Shown here in pieces: positions 33,713-48,600 of a DNA stretch of 64,000 nucleotides. Below the pieces are notes generated by a model, which did no database searches, was not told where the DNA came from, and worked only from the letters and a program-made list of their open reading frames with translations. Location: the NCBI GenBank assembly GCA_043228905.1, contig JBHGNT010000001.1:31186001-31250000 (forward strand), in the 5' to 3' direction. A program made the position numbers and the translations under genes. Source of the stretch: Azolla caroliniana (Eukaryota > Plantae > Polypodiophyta). How positions within the stretch are numbered: the stretch's first letter is position 1; each line of letters begins with the position of its first letter.

Positions 33713-36700
33713 ATTATATCACACATAATCTCCCATATAATTTTTAATATCTACTTAATAAAAGAAATGATCAAGGACTACATTCTATATAGGAATAAGA
33801 CATTTTTCATTAGCACGTTGGACTCCGTATTGGCAACACTCATTTTTTGCTATTGTAATTCGATATTATCTAGAAAAACATTATCGTAAGCGTATGCACA
33901 AACAAGGATGTCTAGTATAACATAGTTTAACTCATAATGCAAGGGAGGTGACATCTTTGACCAAATGTGTTTATATCATACCACCTTAAGGGTAGCAAGG
34001 AGGTGCGAGAAAAATCAAATATTGTGTAAGATTTTTCTAGGATGTATGTCCCATGTCACATGTGAATGTCAATATTATCCATGATAGATGTTATTCTCTG
34101 TCACCAAATGGACTTTATGATAGCACATGTGGTTTGTATTTATATGTTTCTTGCTCTTAAATTGCGTCACCATACTTGGGCTAGTTTGGCCTTGGAATTG
34201 GTTTGCTCCAGCCTCCAACCCTTATTCATTTATCAAGGATTTATTTGATTATATTAGTGTTATAGATATAGTTTTCCTTGGCTTGGATTTATGGAATGCT
34301 TTTATTTGGGCCTAGATTGCACGTACCTCAAAGAACTCAATGTTTTGAATCTAGACTTATGATTTACGAAAGAGAGTTTGAATCACCTTATGACATGATG
34401 TGACTTGTCTCCTTTCTTATCCCAATACCATCATGATTACACCATGAGAATCAACAAAACATAAACACAAAATGTCAACATTTAAAACGATCTTGTATAA
34501 AAATCTTTAATGCATGCTAATTGATATACTTAGTAGTATTTCTTAAAAGTGGTGATGACTACATGGATAAATACATGTTGGATCTGGTATGCTATCCTCC
34601 TCTAATACTTATAGGTGTTTGGGGTCCCTTGCAATATGAGCTTGCATAGGGTAGAGTGCTCAAAAGATAAACCCCACTATCTTCAACAGGCCTATATTAG
34701 CAATTTGGAAACGTCACTAATGAATTGTATAATGGGAAAGAGACATAAATTGGAGAGGATGGGCTCTTGTATAAGTAGCTCTAATTCTTGGCCCAAGTGA
34801 GATATTGTGTTTACAATAGTTCCCAATACCCACATACAATATGATCGAATGGACGGTTTAAAAACCATGAATTTGTGGGGGCATCTAGTAACTCGATCTT
34901 TATTTTGCTATTATTTTCATCCATTATCTATATTGTCGTTCTTCAAATTTGTACTTGTGCTTTACTTGAAAATGTCCTCCAGTATCCATATTTTGTATAG
35001 GTTTTATCTTTTTAATGTAAGAGAGTACTGTAGAGACTCCTTATGTAGCAAATTTCAAAAGGGTTGATGGATGCATGTGAAATTTATTCTCCAAAAGGAG
35101 AAACTCTCGGTGCCTACTAGTGATGATATTACTACTTATTTCTAGGCCGTCTAGTTTGAGAGAGATTGTAATGCAACAAAGCAACTTGGACTTTTCCTCT
35201 AGGAAAACATCATTTTTTCAAATTTATGAGAAAGAAGAGACCTCTAACATTACTAGAATTATGGACATCCGAAGGGGGGAGGGGAGGCTTAAGGGCTCTC
35301 TTGTCTTCCCAACAATAGGGGATATCGTTTTTATGTTTTGTCGGCTCTCACTTTTCAAGTTTTACTCATCTTCACCTCCATCAAAATTAGACATTCTAAT
35401 ATCTTGGGAAGCCAAAGTTTGAAAAACTTAATAATAAAAACTATATTTCTCAATGAAAAGTAAGTACATATATTTTACAAATGCAAGATAAGTACATTTT
35501 AACCTTTTAATAACTTCTACCCTACCGGTACCAAGAAAGTTCAAATGATTTATAAGGTAAACTTTGGCATGATAAGAGTTGACATGAATATGAGCTTTGT
35601 TGGACTAGTCCTAGTGTGAATGTTTAAGTTGTTGAAATGTGAAAATCCATGTGGAGGATAATTTATTATCAATGAAATCTGCTAAACTTAAAACATTTTT
35701 CTCCCATCTATTTTTGAAAACCTCCCGTTCTAGTTTTAGTTCATCTCTTTGATATTTATAGAGGGAGTCTACAATTCATTTTTGATATTTATATGTTGCC
35801 AATATTGTAAACTCATAAACTCCAACTTTAAAAACTGTCACCGTGTTAGTCATCTAGACATAAAAGATTATCATATCATGAACTGAGGCGCCTCACAAAT
35901 GAATTCCAGGCATAGTTCTCTAAAAACTGACAATATTTCTACCTTGGCATCTCAAGAATGACAATAAAACAACAGGATAGATAGCAAAAAAGTGACAAAG
36001 ACTTATCAAGAAGATTTAAGGGAGACAAATTGTAATTAGAAAGCATAAGAAGCAATCCATCAGTCTTGAATCAACACATGCTGATGATGTTCAGTGTGAC
36101 AGACTCCCAACAACATGGTTACTCCAATTTTGACATCACCGCTTGGGAGTGATGAGAGTTGAATATAAAGAGCTACCTAAATAAAAATCTAGTCTTCCTA
36201 AAACAAACCTAAATAAAAGATATTACCCTTCAAGAAAAGGATCTAAATAAACTCTAACTTCTTTAGTCAATCCTAAACCATGTTATTATATTATGATGTA
36301 TTGAGTATATCAGTTTTGTTGTTCAATCTTCCATCATTCTTCTCCTGTTATAAATCACAACAGAGTATTTACATGATGACCAGTTCCTAACAATCATAAT
36401 TACAGAAAAAATTGACATCAGGTTTCCAGTGCTTTAGTAATGATATTTGCTTTCCAATTGTTCCTTTGCTGCTTTTAAAAAAATCTATTAGCCTGGGAAA
36501 AAGTATTTGAAATTTTGGCCCCAAATTTCCACCACCAGTCCTTCATTAAGAGATGCCCTGCACTGCATTAATCATTTGTTTCATTGTTTCAGTAAGCATG
36601 CTCTACACTTACTTTAGCTTATTCAAAATTCCAGTACATTAAATCTTTTTAGGTGAACTTATATACGATTCATGGCAATTTGGTATTCTCAAATATACAA

Positions 36701-38543
36701 CCTCGTCCATGCTTTATCCAAGGTATTTTATATAAACATCTATCATCTAGGTTGCCCTCAATCCTAGAATCTCTTGACACCATTTATTGTGTATAAAGTA
36801 ACTCATCCGCTATTTCAGATTTTAATACACTATGGAGCTGATGAGATGCATTACGAAGTACACCAAGATGGTAGAAGTCTCCATAAGTGAATTTGCTATT
36901 TGCTTAGTATCCAACTGCAAATGATGTATATGGATATGACTGTCCATAATGAATCCTTACAATATGTTATTTTTGCCCATAGGATCCAATATGGGGCATA
37001 AGAAATCTCGTAGATGTGAACATATTGGAATAGACAAAAGAGACATGAGTGGATCATCGAGTGCGCTCATGAGCATAAGTGGTGTAATCCGATCAAGGAC
37101 TGCCCATATGCCATTCAATGATCCCACATTCAAGGATTCTAACATTAAAGCATAGTCTTATGTTACGAGAGACTGACCTGTTTAACGTCCATGAAAGACT
37201 GATTACAATTTATGGAACAAATCTGAACAAATAAATTGCAAATGTATATGCATCTTGTACTTCTAGTGTTCCACGCCTGTCAAAAAGTATGCTGCTGGGG
37301 CACTAAATCAAAAACTTGATAGAAGTCTACAGAGCAATAACATGGTCCTTAACATTTCAAACCTGACAGGCCCACAAGTGGTCATATTATTTATAACTTC
37401 GATGGGACAAGCTGGGTCTCAGCCTTCTGTTCTGTTGCTAGGGAACCACCTCCAGGAAGAGCCACTGTAAGGACTGATCAAGGATGACCACTTAGGCAAT
37501 TCTATCTGAGGTGTTGGCATCCAGGACGCTCCCATGACCTATGATGGCTGGTGGCAATGCATGGGCTAGATCCCCAACTGGACATGGTCACATGGCTAGA
37601 AGCTCCAGGATAAAGACGAGGAACTGGAAATGTGAGTGGAAGAGGAATGAGGAGAAATGTACAGGACCGATTTCATCAGCACCATGCATTGTGAACAGGA
37701 ATGTCACGAGCCACACTTTCTGGAGAAGAAGAGACACATCACGGACTCTTCATTGGGGTGATTATACAATTTGGGGGGCCCTGGTTGACTATCAAGCCCA
37801 ATTCCACTCTTTCAGGTCATGAAATTGTCGATGGGGAGGACTGGCGATTTAGTGGGCCAGACTATGTGATAGTCACCAAGAGAAGATCAGATACTTAGGA
37901 GCTACTATGGTTCCAATAACGGATTTCAACTGGTCTTTGGAAGGCCAAGGCAGTTGACCATGGATAAGTGTTCCATAAGAAACCAAACACTTGAGAATAA
38001 GCATTCCTGGAACAGTTGGTAAGAGACCTCTGAATATATACCCAACACTCAAGCGGACAGCAAATAAAGAGATAACTATTGACCAAGGTCGCTAAATACA
38101 CAGGAATTAAGAGGTTAAATAATGATCTGACAATGCCAGCTTAGAGAGGCTTGATTATGCACCGTCAAGAGATGATTACAACATAGTATTCAAAAGAAAG
38201 AAAGCATTTTAATTTAGTGATCCTAATGAGCGATGGCTGCTTGTTTTATATCCTCCATACACTTGGAGTCATAATAACTGAAGAGAATACCATAGGTGTT
38301 GAAACTTGCAATCAAATAAACATCAAGAGAAAACCAACAATGACATATAAGAACTGTGTTTTTGCAACACAAATTTTTCCAATAGGATTTGATGAAAACA
38401 GAATTAAAACTTCACCATTTTCAGAGAGCAAATTCAATTCAGTACATAGCTGAATTAATAGCTGAATTAAACATAACTAAGTGTTATCATTTTCTTTTTT
38501 CATACAAAAATGTCCTCACATAATTAGAGAATCCAGTAGTTCA

Positions 38544-40328
38544 TCAAACTACATGGGAGGGGGTAGATTCATTTCCAACAACATTGGATTTAACAAAACC
38601 AAGAGTTTTCAACTCTTGGAGAAGCTGCTTTTCTGCTTCTGCCTGGACAACACCCAAAGAAATGCAATTTATATAGAGACGATTTTTCATAACTACAAAA
38701 ATGTAATCACTACTCCATTTTAAGTCATACCTCCAAGTTTGGAGAATTCTTTGGAAGGTTGCATGCTAATACAATGCTCCAGCCAGTTTTAAGAGCTGTT
38801 CAAAAGGATTAATGAGTTTCTTCTCTAGTAAAAAAATGTTTATTGTCTGGAGGAGGTCAAATACTTAGTCTACGTGCAATGCTGGCTCCAACATTATCAG
38901 CACTCCCTCCAATTAAAGTAGCCAGACTTGGCGTTCTATCCTGTATAAACAATTGTAGGACTAGATTGACCCACCTCATAACCATTGTAGGACTACATGT
39001 TCTCTCAGAAATTCGCATGAACTTGAGAACTTACAAACGGTGTTGGCATGCTCACATATAGATGACCAAATTTTGCAGAATTGTATCCAATCCAGATGTA
39101 AAGCTGAAAGTTCAAACTGAGGTTACAGATGAGATTGTATATGCACATATGAAACAAAATGGTAAACAGCATGATATACCAGTTGAGAAACATATTCAAA
39201 TAATAATAGCTTCGCAACTTGCTTTGGAAAGTGCACTTGAGAGATCTATGTATATGTATGTAGATACTATAACCTATACATAAAACACTACGAGAGAATG
39301 GACAAAGCAGCACGTCTTCAAGTTAGGGAATACTCATGAGAGCTCCTATTTGCCAACATATTCGATTACCCCCATCCCATGTCTGCATTATACCTTCACA
39401 GGGCATAGTGAATGATGTCTGCAGTGAGTGCTCTATTGAAATCTCTACCTAGCATTGGTTTTCAGGAAAAGGAGAGAGACAACAAGAAAGATAAATAGTC
39501 TCTAGTCACGTGGTGGTCTGGGGTGCACCTAGAACTTTGTCAAGAAGACACAGGATAGTAAGCTCGGATTTGTAGACACAATTGGATGCTCAGGGTTCTT
39601 GAGTGGATATCCTCAACATTTAGACATGATTATCATCTTCTTCTTCTTTACAATGCTGGTGGACTATCTTTGCTTGGTGGATGTCATTTACTGTTGGAAC
39701 TTGAAGCTGATTACAAAACATGGAATTCAAATTGCTCAACATGCCTTCTGCTTGGACTTCTATGCTACGGATTACTGTACCCTAGGACCCTAGGCCGAGG
39801 AGTAGCTGGCCATGTATAACTGAAATTAGTCTGAAGACAAAAGGTACACTAAACAATGTAAACATAGACTAGATGATCAAGTTTAAGATATACTCAACTT
39901 TTTCCTTTTCTAAGTATGTAGTTGCTCCAATATCTCACATTTATTTTAAAATACAACATTGTGCACACACCAAAGTAGCTTGGCATTCAAATAAAAAGTT
40001 CATGTGATTTAGATTATTTGTACATTACAGAATATACATAACACAACCTATGTTACTTGAGCGACAACCTTAATTGATTCCTTGAGATATTTGATACACG
40101 AACAAAAGTGTTGATGAGAGTAGATACCCCCATCTGATTGATACAAATATTATACAGAGTAGTTTTGGCGCTCAAAATATTAAAATATATAAAATTATGA
40201 AATACCTGTTTTTCAAGTTTGAGGATTTGAAAATGCAGCATGGCATCTTGTGCTTCTATTGAAAAACAATGAAGAGAGTGTTGAGAAGAACTAGCAGGTG
40301 AAGATGTCTCTGATATGCCCATATCCAT
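38544..40328 (-). CDS. PSMG4: Proteasome assembly chaperone 4 (PAC4/PSMG4), ~143 aa
   Basis: Exons 40328-40206 (MDMG...HCFSIEAQDAMLHFQILKLEKQ), 39103-39035 (LYIWIGYNSAKFGHLYVSMPTPF), 38940-38865 (DRTPSLATLIGGSADNVGASIARRL), 38795-38731 (TLKTGWSIVLACNLPKNSPNLE), 38642-38544 (AEAEKQLLQELKTLGFV...*); all phases join. Likely 5'-UTR exons up to ~41180, with a telobox near 41161. Confidence 0.92.
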
Positions 40329-42692
40329 ACTTCTAATGCTCCTACAATTCATTAGAATACAATGTAAGAATTAATTAAACATTTCAATATGTGATGAAAA
40401 CTCAGAAACATATACTCGGACAACATATGCATGTGAGATTTAACTAGCAAGAAAGGGGATTTTCTAAACAAATCGGCCTCTTTTGGTTCACTTTACAGCT
40501 ATTGTAAGGTAATCTTTAGAACCTTCTTCCAAGAATATAAGAAATGAAGGGTTGTGATATTAGTTGTCAACTTCAATCATAAAAAGTGTTTGAGATTAAA
40601 TCCAATCCATAACTACAAAAAATGACACTTTGGTACGAGTTATTCTTCTAGCAAACGCACATTCTCACGAAATGGACGTAGAGTGTGAAGAATACCTGAA
40701 AATACCAGCGCTGCGACAATTGCTCAGAGAGGCTAAAGATTTGTTTTAGTTTAAGGCACAGGATTAACAGCTTCAAGAGCCCCTACTTTTTTATCAGGCA
40801 TATAGGTTTATACAACTCTAGGTTCAATCTGTCGCTTATTATACAATAATAGAACAGGAAAACTGAGGCCACCTCGACTAAACAGATCAAACCGACATTT
40901 CTTTTTAGCAGTAGAATGAAATGCTTTGGGTAGCTAAGGAAATGGCTTATTTTGCAAATCAACTGCGTGTAGCGGATATGGAATGATGACGAAGTTGCTC
41001 CCCAAATAGGGGTTCCATTTCAGGACGGGACAGAAGCAGAGGTTACTCCGATGTACGCGAGGTGACGAGAGGCATGATCAAAGGAGCTTTTGTTTCACAA
41101 TCATACAGCAATTGTCGTGTGAGAAAGAGACAGGGAGAGGGAGTTAGGGAGACAGAAGAATTAGGGTTTTTTGAAGAACCATGCATACATAAACAATGGA
41201 CCTGCAGAGAAAGTTAGGGCGGTTTCACACCAGGTTGCTTGTTCTTTCATTCAGAAGTTTTATTTGCATGTTTGGTGGTGCCGATTGATTGTCTGATTCC
41301 CTTCCTTCAATTGAAGCGTCCACCAGCTGTGTACTCGTGCCCAATTAGTTCACAACCATGGATGCCGAAATGCACAAGGCTCTAAGAAACAAAGCAAAAC
41401 TTGGGAGTTGGTGAACCGTCACACATCTCGGATGCTGGTCCTAATTGAAACGGGTTTGGGAGACTATCTATGTTGATGGTTATGAATCATCAACATTATT
41501 CGAGGTTGGTCACATTGCAAACCAACTTTTATAAATAAAAAAAGAAAGAGAACGGATGCAAAGCTTAAATTCTGAAAACACGTCCAAATAGAGTGTTTGT
41601 TGAGATGGACGAAGATATCAAATGGTTATGATTATAATGGTTAGGAAGCATGTCTGCAGTCATTCAATGCACATGGAACAATTTTATTTTTGGCACATCA
41701 CTAGTCTTCTGAATGCAGATGGAACCATTCTTTGTATATGCACTCATGGGAACTAACATAGAATTATCATTCATTGGAAAATGGAATACCTATAGAAGGC
41801 AAAGAGAAAAGAACAGATTTGTTTTTAAGGGCGCAAAAGCAAAATAGTACTAGGACTATCACAAAGAATCACAACAATCAAGCATTGTCTGTGATTCAAA
41901 TGAATTAATTGGCTGTGACAAGGTACCTAACAATTGTCAGACTCATCCTCACCTCTGCCCTCACATCAAATCAAATACTTAAAACAGGAAGCTATACATG
42001 TATAACCAGGATGAAAATTGCCAAGTTCATGAATGTATTGAGTATGATTTGTTGGAACATCTAGAATTTCCAAATTGTTCTCTCATAGGTCATTGACATT
42101 AAAATCAATCTCAATCGCTATAATTTATATTTAATGAAAACGCCAACAAAAAATACTGCTAAAAGTTAGATCACATGTCAAGACTCGACAGGTTAATAAT
42201 TACATGTTTACTCCATAAAACATTTAATGAAGTAAAAATATTTCATAACTTCACTAAACACATTAGTACCTAAGCACCAACTATAACAAATCATCAATAA
42301 ATGATGGTGGGATATGAAACCACAGCACCTATGGGAAAAACAAAGATCACCATCTGGTTGGCAACCATATGGTTCACTGCCACATGACTGTTGCAAAGGG
42401 AGTGCAAATCCATAAGCTTTCCTCCCCTGATTCATCTTGCCTAGTAATTAGGAGTGTATTACCCACCACATTACTCATTGTACTGGCATTAAATTTGTTG
42501 TATAGTACACAAATGCACACTGTATATACACCGAATAATTAAGAAGCTCTGGTCCAATGCCACAGAAGCTTCTTTATCTACCTTTGTGGTGGATCTACTA
42601 CGTTTATCTGCACCTCACTTGTGCAGCCATAGAAGAGACCGCAGGATAATTTTCCATTTTCCATCTGCGAAAGGATGGAATTTTCACTGAGA

Positions 42693-45600
42693 TTACACCT
42701 GTTCTTTGAACTGTTGTAAACTTCCAACTTTCGCATAAGCATATTGCAACAGCCTACGCAACCGTTGAACTATTTCACAGTGGAATGGCAAAGCAGACCG
42801 CCTAAATGGATATGTTGGACTGGCAGTTAACCATGAAAGAGCTTGTAGTTCTGCAGCAATCACTTCTACTATTGATTGGGCTTCTGAAACATGATCAAAA
42901 CCTCCCTCTGAGTTCATTGATTTATTAAGTTTTGCCTTGAGCATTGGATCAGTTCCTACATTGCTACTTGCACCGGTATGTTGTTGCACGAGCGGAGCAA
43001 CAACACTACTCATATGGCCATACAAGCCAACAAAAAGTGTGGAGGGCCATTCATCGCTCGACTTGCAGAGCATTAATTCTGTTCTAATCGAGGGAATTGT
43101 TTTTGAAACGACAAACGCCGATCCTACCATTGTAGCCGAACCACTAGCGTGTAGGAGCTGCTCAACAGCTGGAGATTCTGATGTAAGACATGTTGGTAAC
43201 TGCAGGGGAAAGTTAGACATGAAACGCAATCCATGAGCTGGCACAAACAAGTAGGATACTGCTGTTGATGAGAGTGTCTTTACTGAGCCAATTCCACTAC
43301 CCAAAGTGCCTAAGACATTTGCACTACTTGAGTTCAGCCAGCTTGATGAAGGGACTCCTTGAGGTCCCCCTAACACAGAAGTCGATTGCGGCACAGTATC
43401 ATTGAGCCCCACCATCTGCAAGGAGTGATCTAACATAATACTCACAAAGCTAATACTATGCACAAGATGGAAAATCCCTCTGGGTGCATCATTTTGTCCT
43501 AGGGCCTGCTTTCGTAGAATACTGGAACCCAAGTCATTTTTGGTGAATGTAGACGGCTTGTTCCGTGACATGAAAACTGAGGAAGAACGTCCAGGGGAAG
43601 AGGGCATGCCACTGGCGAGGGCCATATTCCTGTCACTTAGTGTACTCACATCTTGTGGCTGAAGTGAACTGTTGCTTCCCATCATGCTACTGTTATCAAC
43701 TTGTTGCCAAATTTGCACCGGCCATTTTCTCACTTCATTACCTCCAACAGTGCAGACAGCTTTCTGCCATTCTGCACACAAAGAAGACGCCTTAGCAATT
43801 ATTACATTCTTTAATCAATAAAACAGATCCAACACCAGGATTACCTTGACATTCAAGCTCAAAAAATGAACCTATACGTGTAATAACCATTGCACGAAGC
43901 TTTGCAGAGCCCGCCGTAGTAGCCATGGTCATCAACTGACATCCATGTAAAAGCACTTGAACAAATAAATCATGCAACCCATTTGCCTCGAATCGGCTAT
44001 CCCCACATCCACCAGAAACAGGGAACAAATGCACATCTAATAGCTCCCCTCTGGCATCAGTCCAAACAGATAGTAACCACTGCCAATTCTCAGTCCAACC
44101 ATAGCAGCAGTGTAAATTTGCCACCTTAAGATTCCCTCCTTTAAGGTCATCAAACCCACTGTCTGCAACCATACCATGTACAGCTTCAGATGACCCTGGA
44201 TGAATGCTTACTGAAGATTCATCAACCCCGCCGGAACGTGAAGGAGAGAATCCAACACCGCAATCCAAGGAGCCTGGCTCTGCCAAGATGAATACAGGCT
44301 CAAACAGGTATCTGAGACTCTCTTGCAGAAACTTTGAATTGTCAAGAATACTAAGTTCATTTGATATTACTTGCTGTTGCCAAGGGCTATCCCAATTACT
44401 TGGCCGAAAAGCACTCGAATCCAGAAGAGATTCATGTCCAGACAATGCATTGGTTGGTCCCGAATTTCTTCCCATACCACCATCCTTCCACATGCCAGAT
44501 ATGGCTGTGCTGGCTTGCAGAGATGAGGGACGGTTCCTTCCAGATTGATTGTTAACTATAGTCCCCTCCGTGTTGCTGGATAATCGTGGTATACGGCGAA
44601 TCTTATTATAGACACTAAAGGCCACTTCTTTGAGGGAGTCAATATCTACAGAACCAGGGTTGGCCAAGTTCAGTATACTTTCTGCTGTCAGTACTTGCAG
44701 AACGAGCTTTGAAGTAGAAAACCCAACTACCCCTTGAGATTGTAGATTTGCAGAATCATCAGCCAGCACTGAACTCCGTTGCTTTTGACTGGATATGTTT
44801 AATTTTTTTTGTTTTTCAGATATTGCAATATTGTGCCCGATACTTTGACACACAACAAGCATGGTCTGAAGAACTGCATCTGGATCTGATGATGGGCATA
44901 TGACATAGTACACCTGTTTGAAAATCTAGGTTAAATTGATCAAACAACTGTGTAAATTCTTCGAAGAACAAGATGAAATTATGAACATACCAGGCAAGAA
45001 CCGTTTTCAGGTTCTCTTTGTGTAGCGCTGCTACCCAGAGAAACTGGAAGAGTTTTACAAGCTTTGCTAACAGCTTTTAGATAGTCGAGGCAGTTCCAAA
45101 TCTTGCTGAAAGTTGATGCATAATTACTTGAAGGGCATATCGAGCTTAATTTGCTATGCTGTAGTGATACCTGTGATGGAAAATCTATGGGTACAAAACC
45201 AGCAAATGTATGCTTCCCAGATGTGGAAGGGAAGCTGCCATGTCCAAATACCATGTTAGCAGCCACGTGTGTGCCTAATCTACAGGTCTCATACACTGCA
45301 GAAACAACATCAGCATTTGTTTTTTTGCGGTGTTTAGAGACCTCAACAGAAACATTTGAAACTATAATTCCAATAAACAAGAAAACTCACCACAGCCCAA
45401 TTGTTGAAGATAGTCAGCTGTAGCAGATAAAAGTGAGTCTACTCGAGGGCATAACACATAATACGTAACCTACACAAAATTGACCATATCCAGATCTTAA
45501 GACAAAATCTTAACACTGGACTATAGTGATTAAGCTCTGGCAGCCAACTTACAGGCTTTGCTGTTGCATAGGGTTCAAATGGTGCCTTCTCCCATAGATG

Positions 45601-48600
45601 AAGAGTGCTAGAAGATACCTTAAGCCAGTCATCTTGATACCTATAACCAAAACAGAATCAGGAGAGTTAACAAAAGACATCCAATGGAAATCTTTTGACA
45701 TGTGTGAAGTAGTCACATTACCCAACAAGTAAACTGGGCATGGGAAACGCCATGATTGTTGGTCCATTTCGGCAGCTGTTAAAATGAGCATCCGTTTCAA
45801 CTGAACCCATCTCTTGGGCACCTCGTCTATTGCACCCATCATCTGACAGAGATGACCCTTCCATAGCCCAACTACTGGCCCTGCGAGTCCCACTATCAGT
45901 GGGCTGGCTGTCAATATCTTGTACAGAAGACTTCATACCAGAGGATCCAGTTGTACATTGCGGAGGAGTGATAGGCTCACCCATGCCAGCAATAACAGTG
46001 CTAACTGTGTCCTTTGAATCACTAGGAGCATTATCAATTCCAAATGGCTCATTAATGAAAGCCCGGCCCCTTAACCATTCACCCAAACTTAAAGGTCCAT
46101 CCAAATAAGCATCCCCAAAGGCAGTAGCCATTGCAACCCTCATGTCAGACTGTAACATTGTAGCTGCAGACGCAGCTGATATCTGCCAAATGAGAATAGG
46201 AAGCAATTGTCTTAGAGCACTGTACTTACCAAATGGAAGTCATAAAAAATATGCACAAGTGCCCACCTCATCCGCCAATGGATCTATGAGTTCAACACCA
46301 GCATTGTCCAGAAAATGTGAAGTACAGAGCATTCCCCCACATCCTGCATGAATAGCACCTGGACCACAGACAGATTTACGCCGCTCCTGTTCTTCGCTCG
46401 TCAACCAGCCATAAGGGCCAGCTCCACAGTCGCCATCAAATGCAGCATCAAAGGGTACAGAGGCCTGCTGAATCAATAGAGGAAGAGCATCAAGAAGCTC
46501 CTGACAATGGTTCAGTTTCAAAGTTGATGTGGCATTCGCTGGTGAATCCTGATTTATAGTAGCCGCATTGTCTATTGAACTGCTCACAGGAGTTTCATTC
46601 CATGATGGCATTCTCGGTGGCTTAGGTGTTCCCACAGGACGCCAGACACCCACACCAACATTAGACAATCGTGATGCATCCTGGATATCCTCATCTACAT
46701 CACCTGCAATACGTGAAGGTATATGATCCTTCTTTTTCTTTTCTTGCTGATTGACTAGAACTCCTTTGGTAACTAATTTGCCTGAATCTGAAGTACATAC
46801 TGAATCAAAATGGGATTCTTTAGTGTTTTCCATTACCAAGTTTCGAATTTGGAGAAAAGAAAACTGTACAAGAAAGCAATCAATCAAGGTAGCAAGCATG
46901 GTAGTTGGAAACTGTCTTCTCCGAGTTTTGTTAGAGGACCTTTCTGAATAATACGGACCAGAATCTGACCATGTATTGTCAAGAACAGGTATATTACTTC
47001 CTAATAGTGTTGGTTTATCGAAAGTGGACTTCACAACCAAACCCGTTAATTTGGAGGCAGGCGATGATTTCTCAGACAAATAATTGAGTATTGTATCATT
47101 ACCCTTCATTTTCTTCATGGAAGAAGCTGCTCTTTCCAGAACATCATAGTGCTCTCGTTTTCTTTCAAGGCTTTGAATCTTTGGAGAAAGTGGTGGTGTA
47201 GCACTGTAAATATAAAGATCTGAACCCTTGCCATTTGGTTGAAGTTTTTTTGAATCAGGCACATACACACTCTTAAATATTGACTGCTGATGTGTATAGC
47301 GGTTGGGCAGGGATACAGGCTCATAACCTGGCGCTAGAAGTAGCATGGCTTCAGACTTTGGCAATGAATCAACCATGGAGCTTTGGTATTCTGGTATAAC
47401 ATCAGGAGTTTTTATACATTCTTGCAGTTCTGGGGTACTTGATGGAACACATAAAACTTTCACATCCTTTGGTGCTAGAGGCCGTTCTAACCCCTCTAAG
47501 GTAGGTATATCTAGAATAGGCAAGAGCATAGGGTCAGTAAAATCTAGGCAACCATTTCCTGGGGAATTTATTCCATCAATGCAATCCGTCAAGGGAAACA
47601 TTAGTGCCTGAGACTCAGCTGTGCCAGGAGGCTGTACAAGCAGACAATAAACCACAGGTTAAAGACCTTGCTTGAAATCATAGAAGTAAGATCATACTAT
47701 CTAAGAGATCTGTTGACCGATAGCATTCTCATGAGTTTACCTCTCCAAATTCATCTTCAAAAAAATCACCAAAATCGCCAAACTCTGCAAGAATATCTGC
47801 ATCATTCTCAATGTTCAGAGCTCTGTCATCTTCAGGCCAATCCCATGGTGTACCTGCTTGACTACTTGCAGCCTTCGGGGTGCCTATTCCTACATTAACC
47901 AAGCCTGGTCCATGAGTGTCAGGCTTGTTCTGGTGAGACCGAGCCATATCATTTGATACTTCCCCACCAGAGCTCAAACTTCTCTTCAATGGGTTTAACG
48001 CAGAAACTTCATTGTGCGCAGGTCCTATAGATTGCACCCATTTGGTTACAGCAATATCCTAAATAAATAAAAAACTTAATAGTGAGACCTGCTACCATTA
48101 CATATATCGTTATCACACAATTATTTTGGGTCTATTGCAAAAAGATATGATGATTGAAGAAAGCATAGATAAAAACATATTATGCATAAAACACCTTATC
48201 CGTGTTCAGAGAGAAAGAAATTTGTTTACACTATGAAAAGTCTATTAACTGCAGCAAAATAGATTATCTATGATTATCAAGATTGTTAAAGGATTTCATG
48301 ACACACTCAAAAGCATGATACCTCAAATCCTTTTATGTCTTCTACCATCTGTCTTGATGAGGGATTGGTCTGCTTCCCTTTGGAAGCAAGAGACTCAGCA
48401 TCTGCTTCTAATTCTCCTGGTGCTTCTCCAGGTTCACCATCACTATTACTTGTGCTGCTACCATGGCTACTGCTATTGTCCAAACTGCTACCTCCACTGG
48501 TGCTTGTGTTGCTGCTACAGCTCTTGTTACTAGGACTTCTGATTCCATGCAAATTATCTGTGCTTTGATGGATGCTATCAAGATCACCATCACTGATTTT

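Noticed and set aside
36420-36560. hAT transposase dimerisation domain (DWWWKFG...NW, minus strand)
   Set aside because: Single short motif with no supporting upstream hAT motifs; too weak to list as a feature
42937-48568. Plus-strand ORFs of 60-114 aa across MED13
   Set aside because: Antisense shadows of MED13 exons
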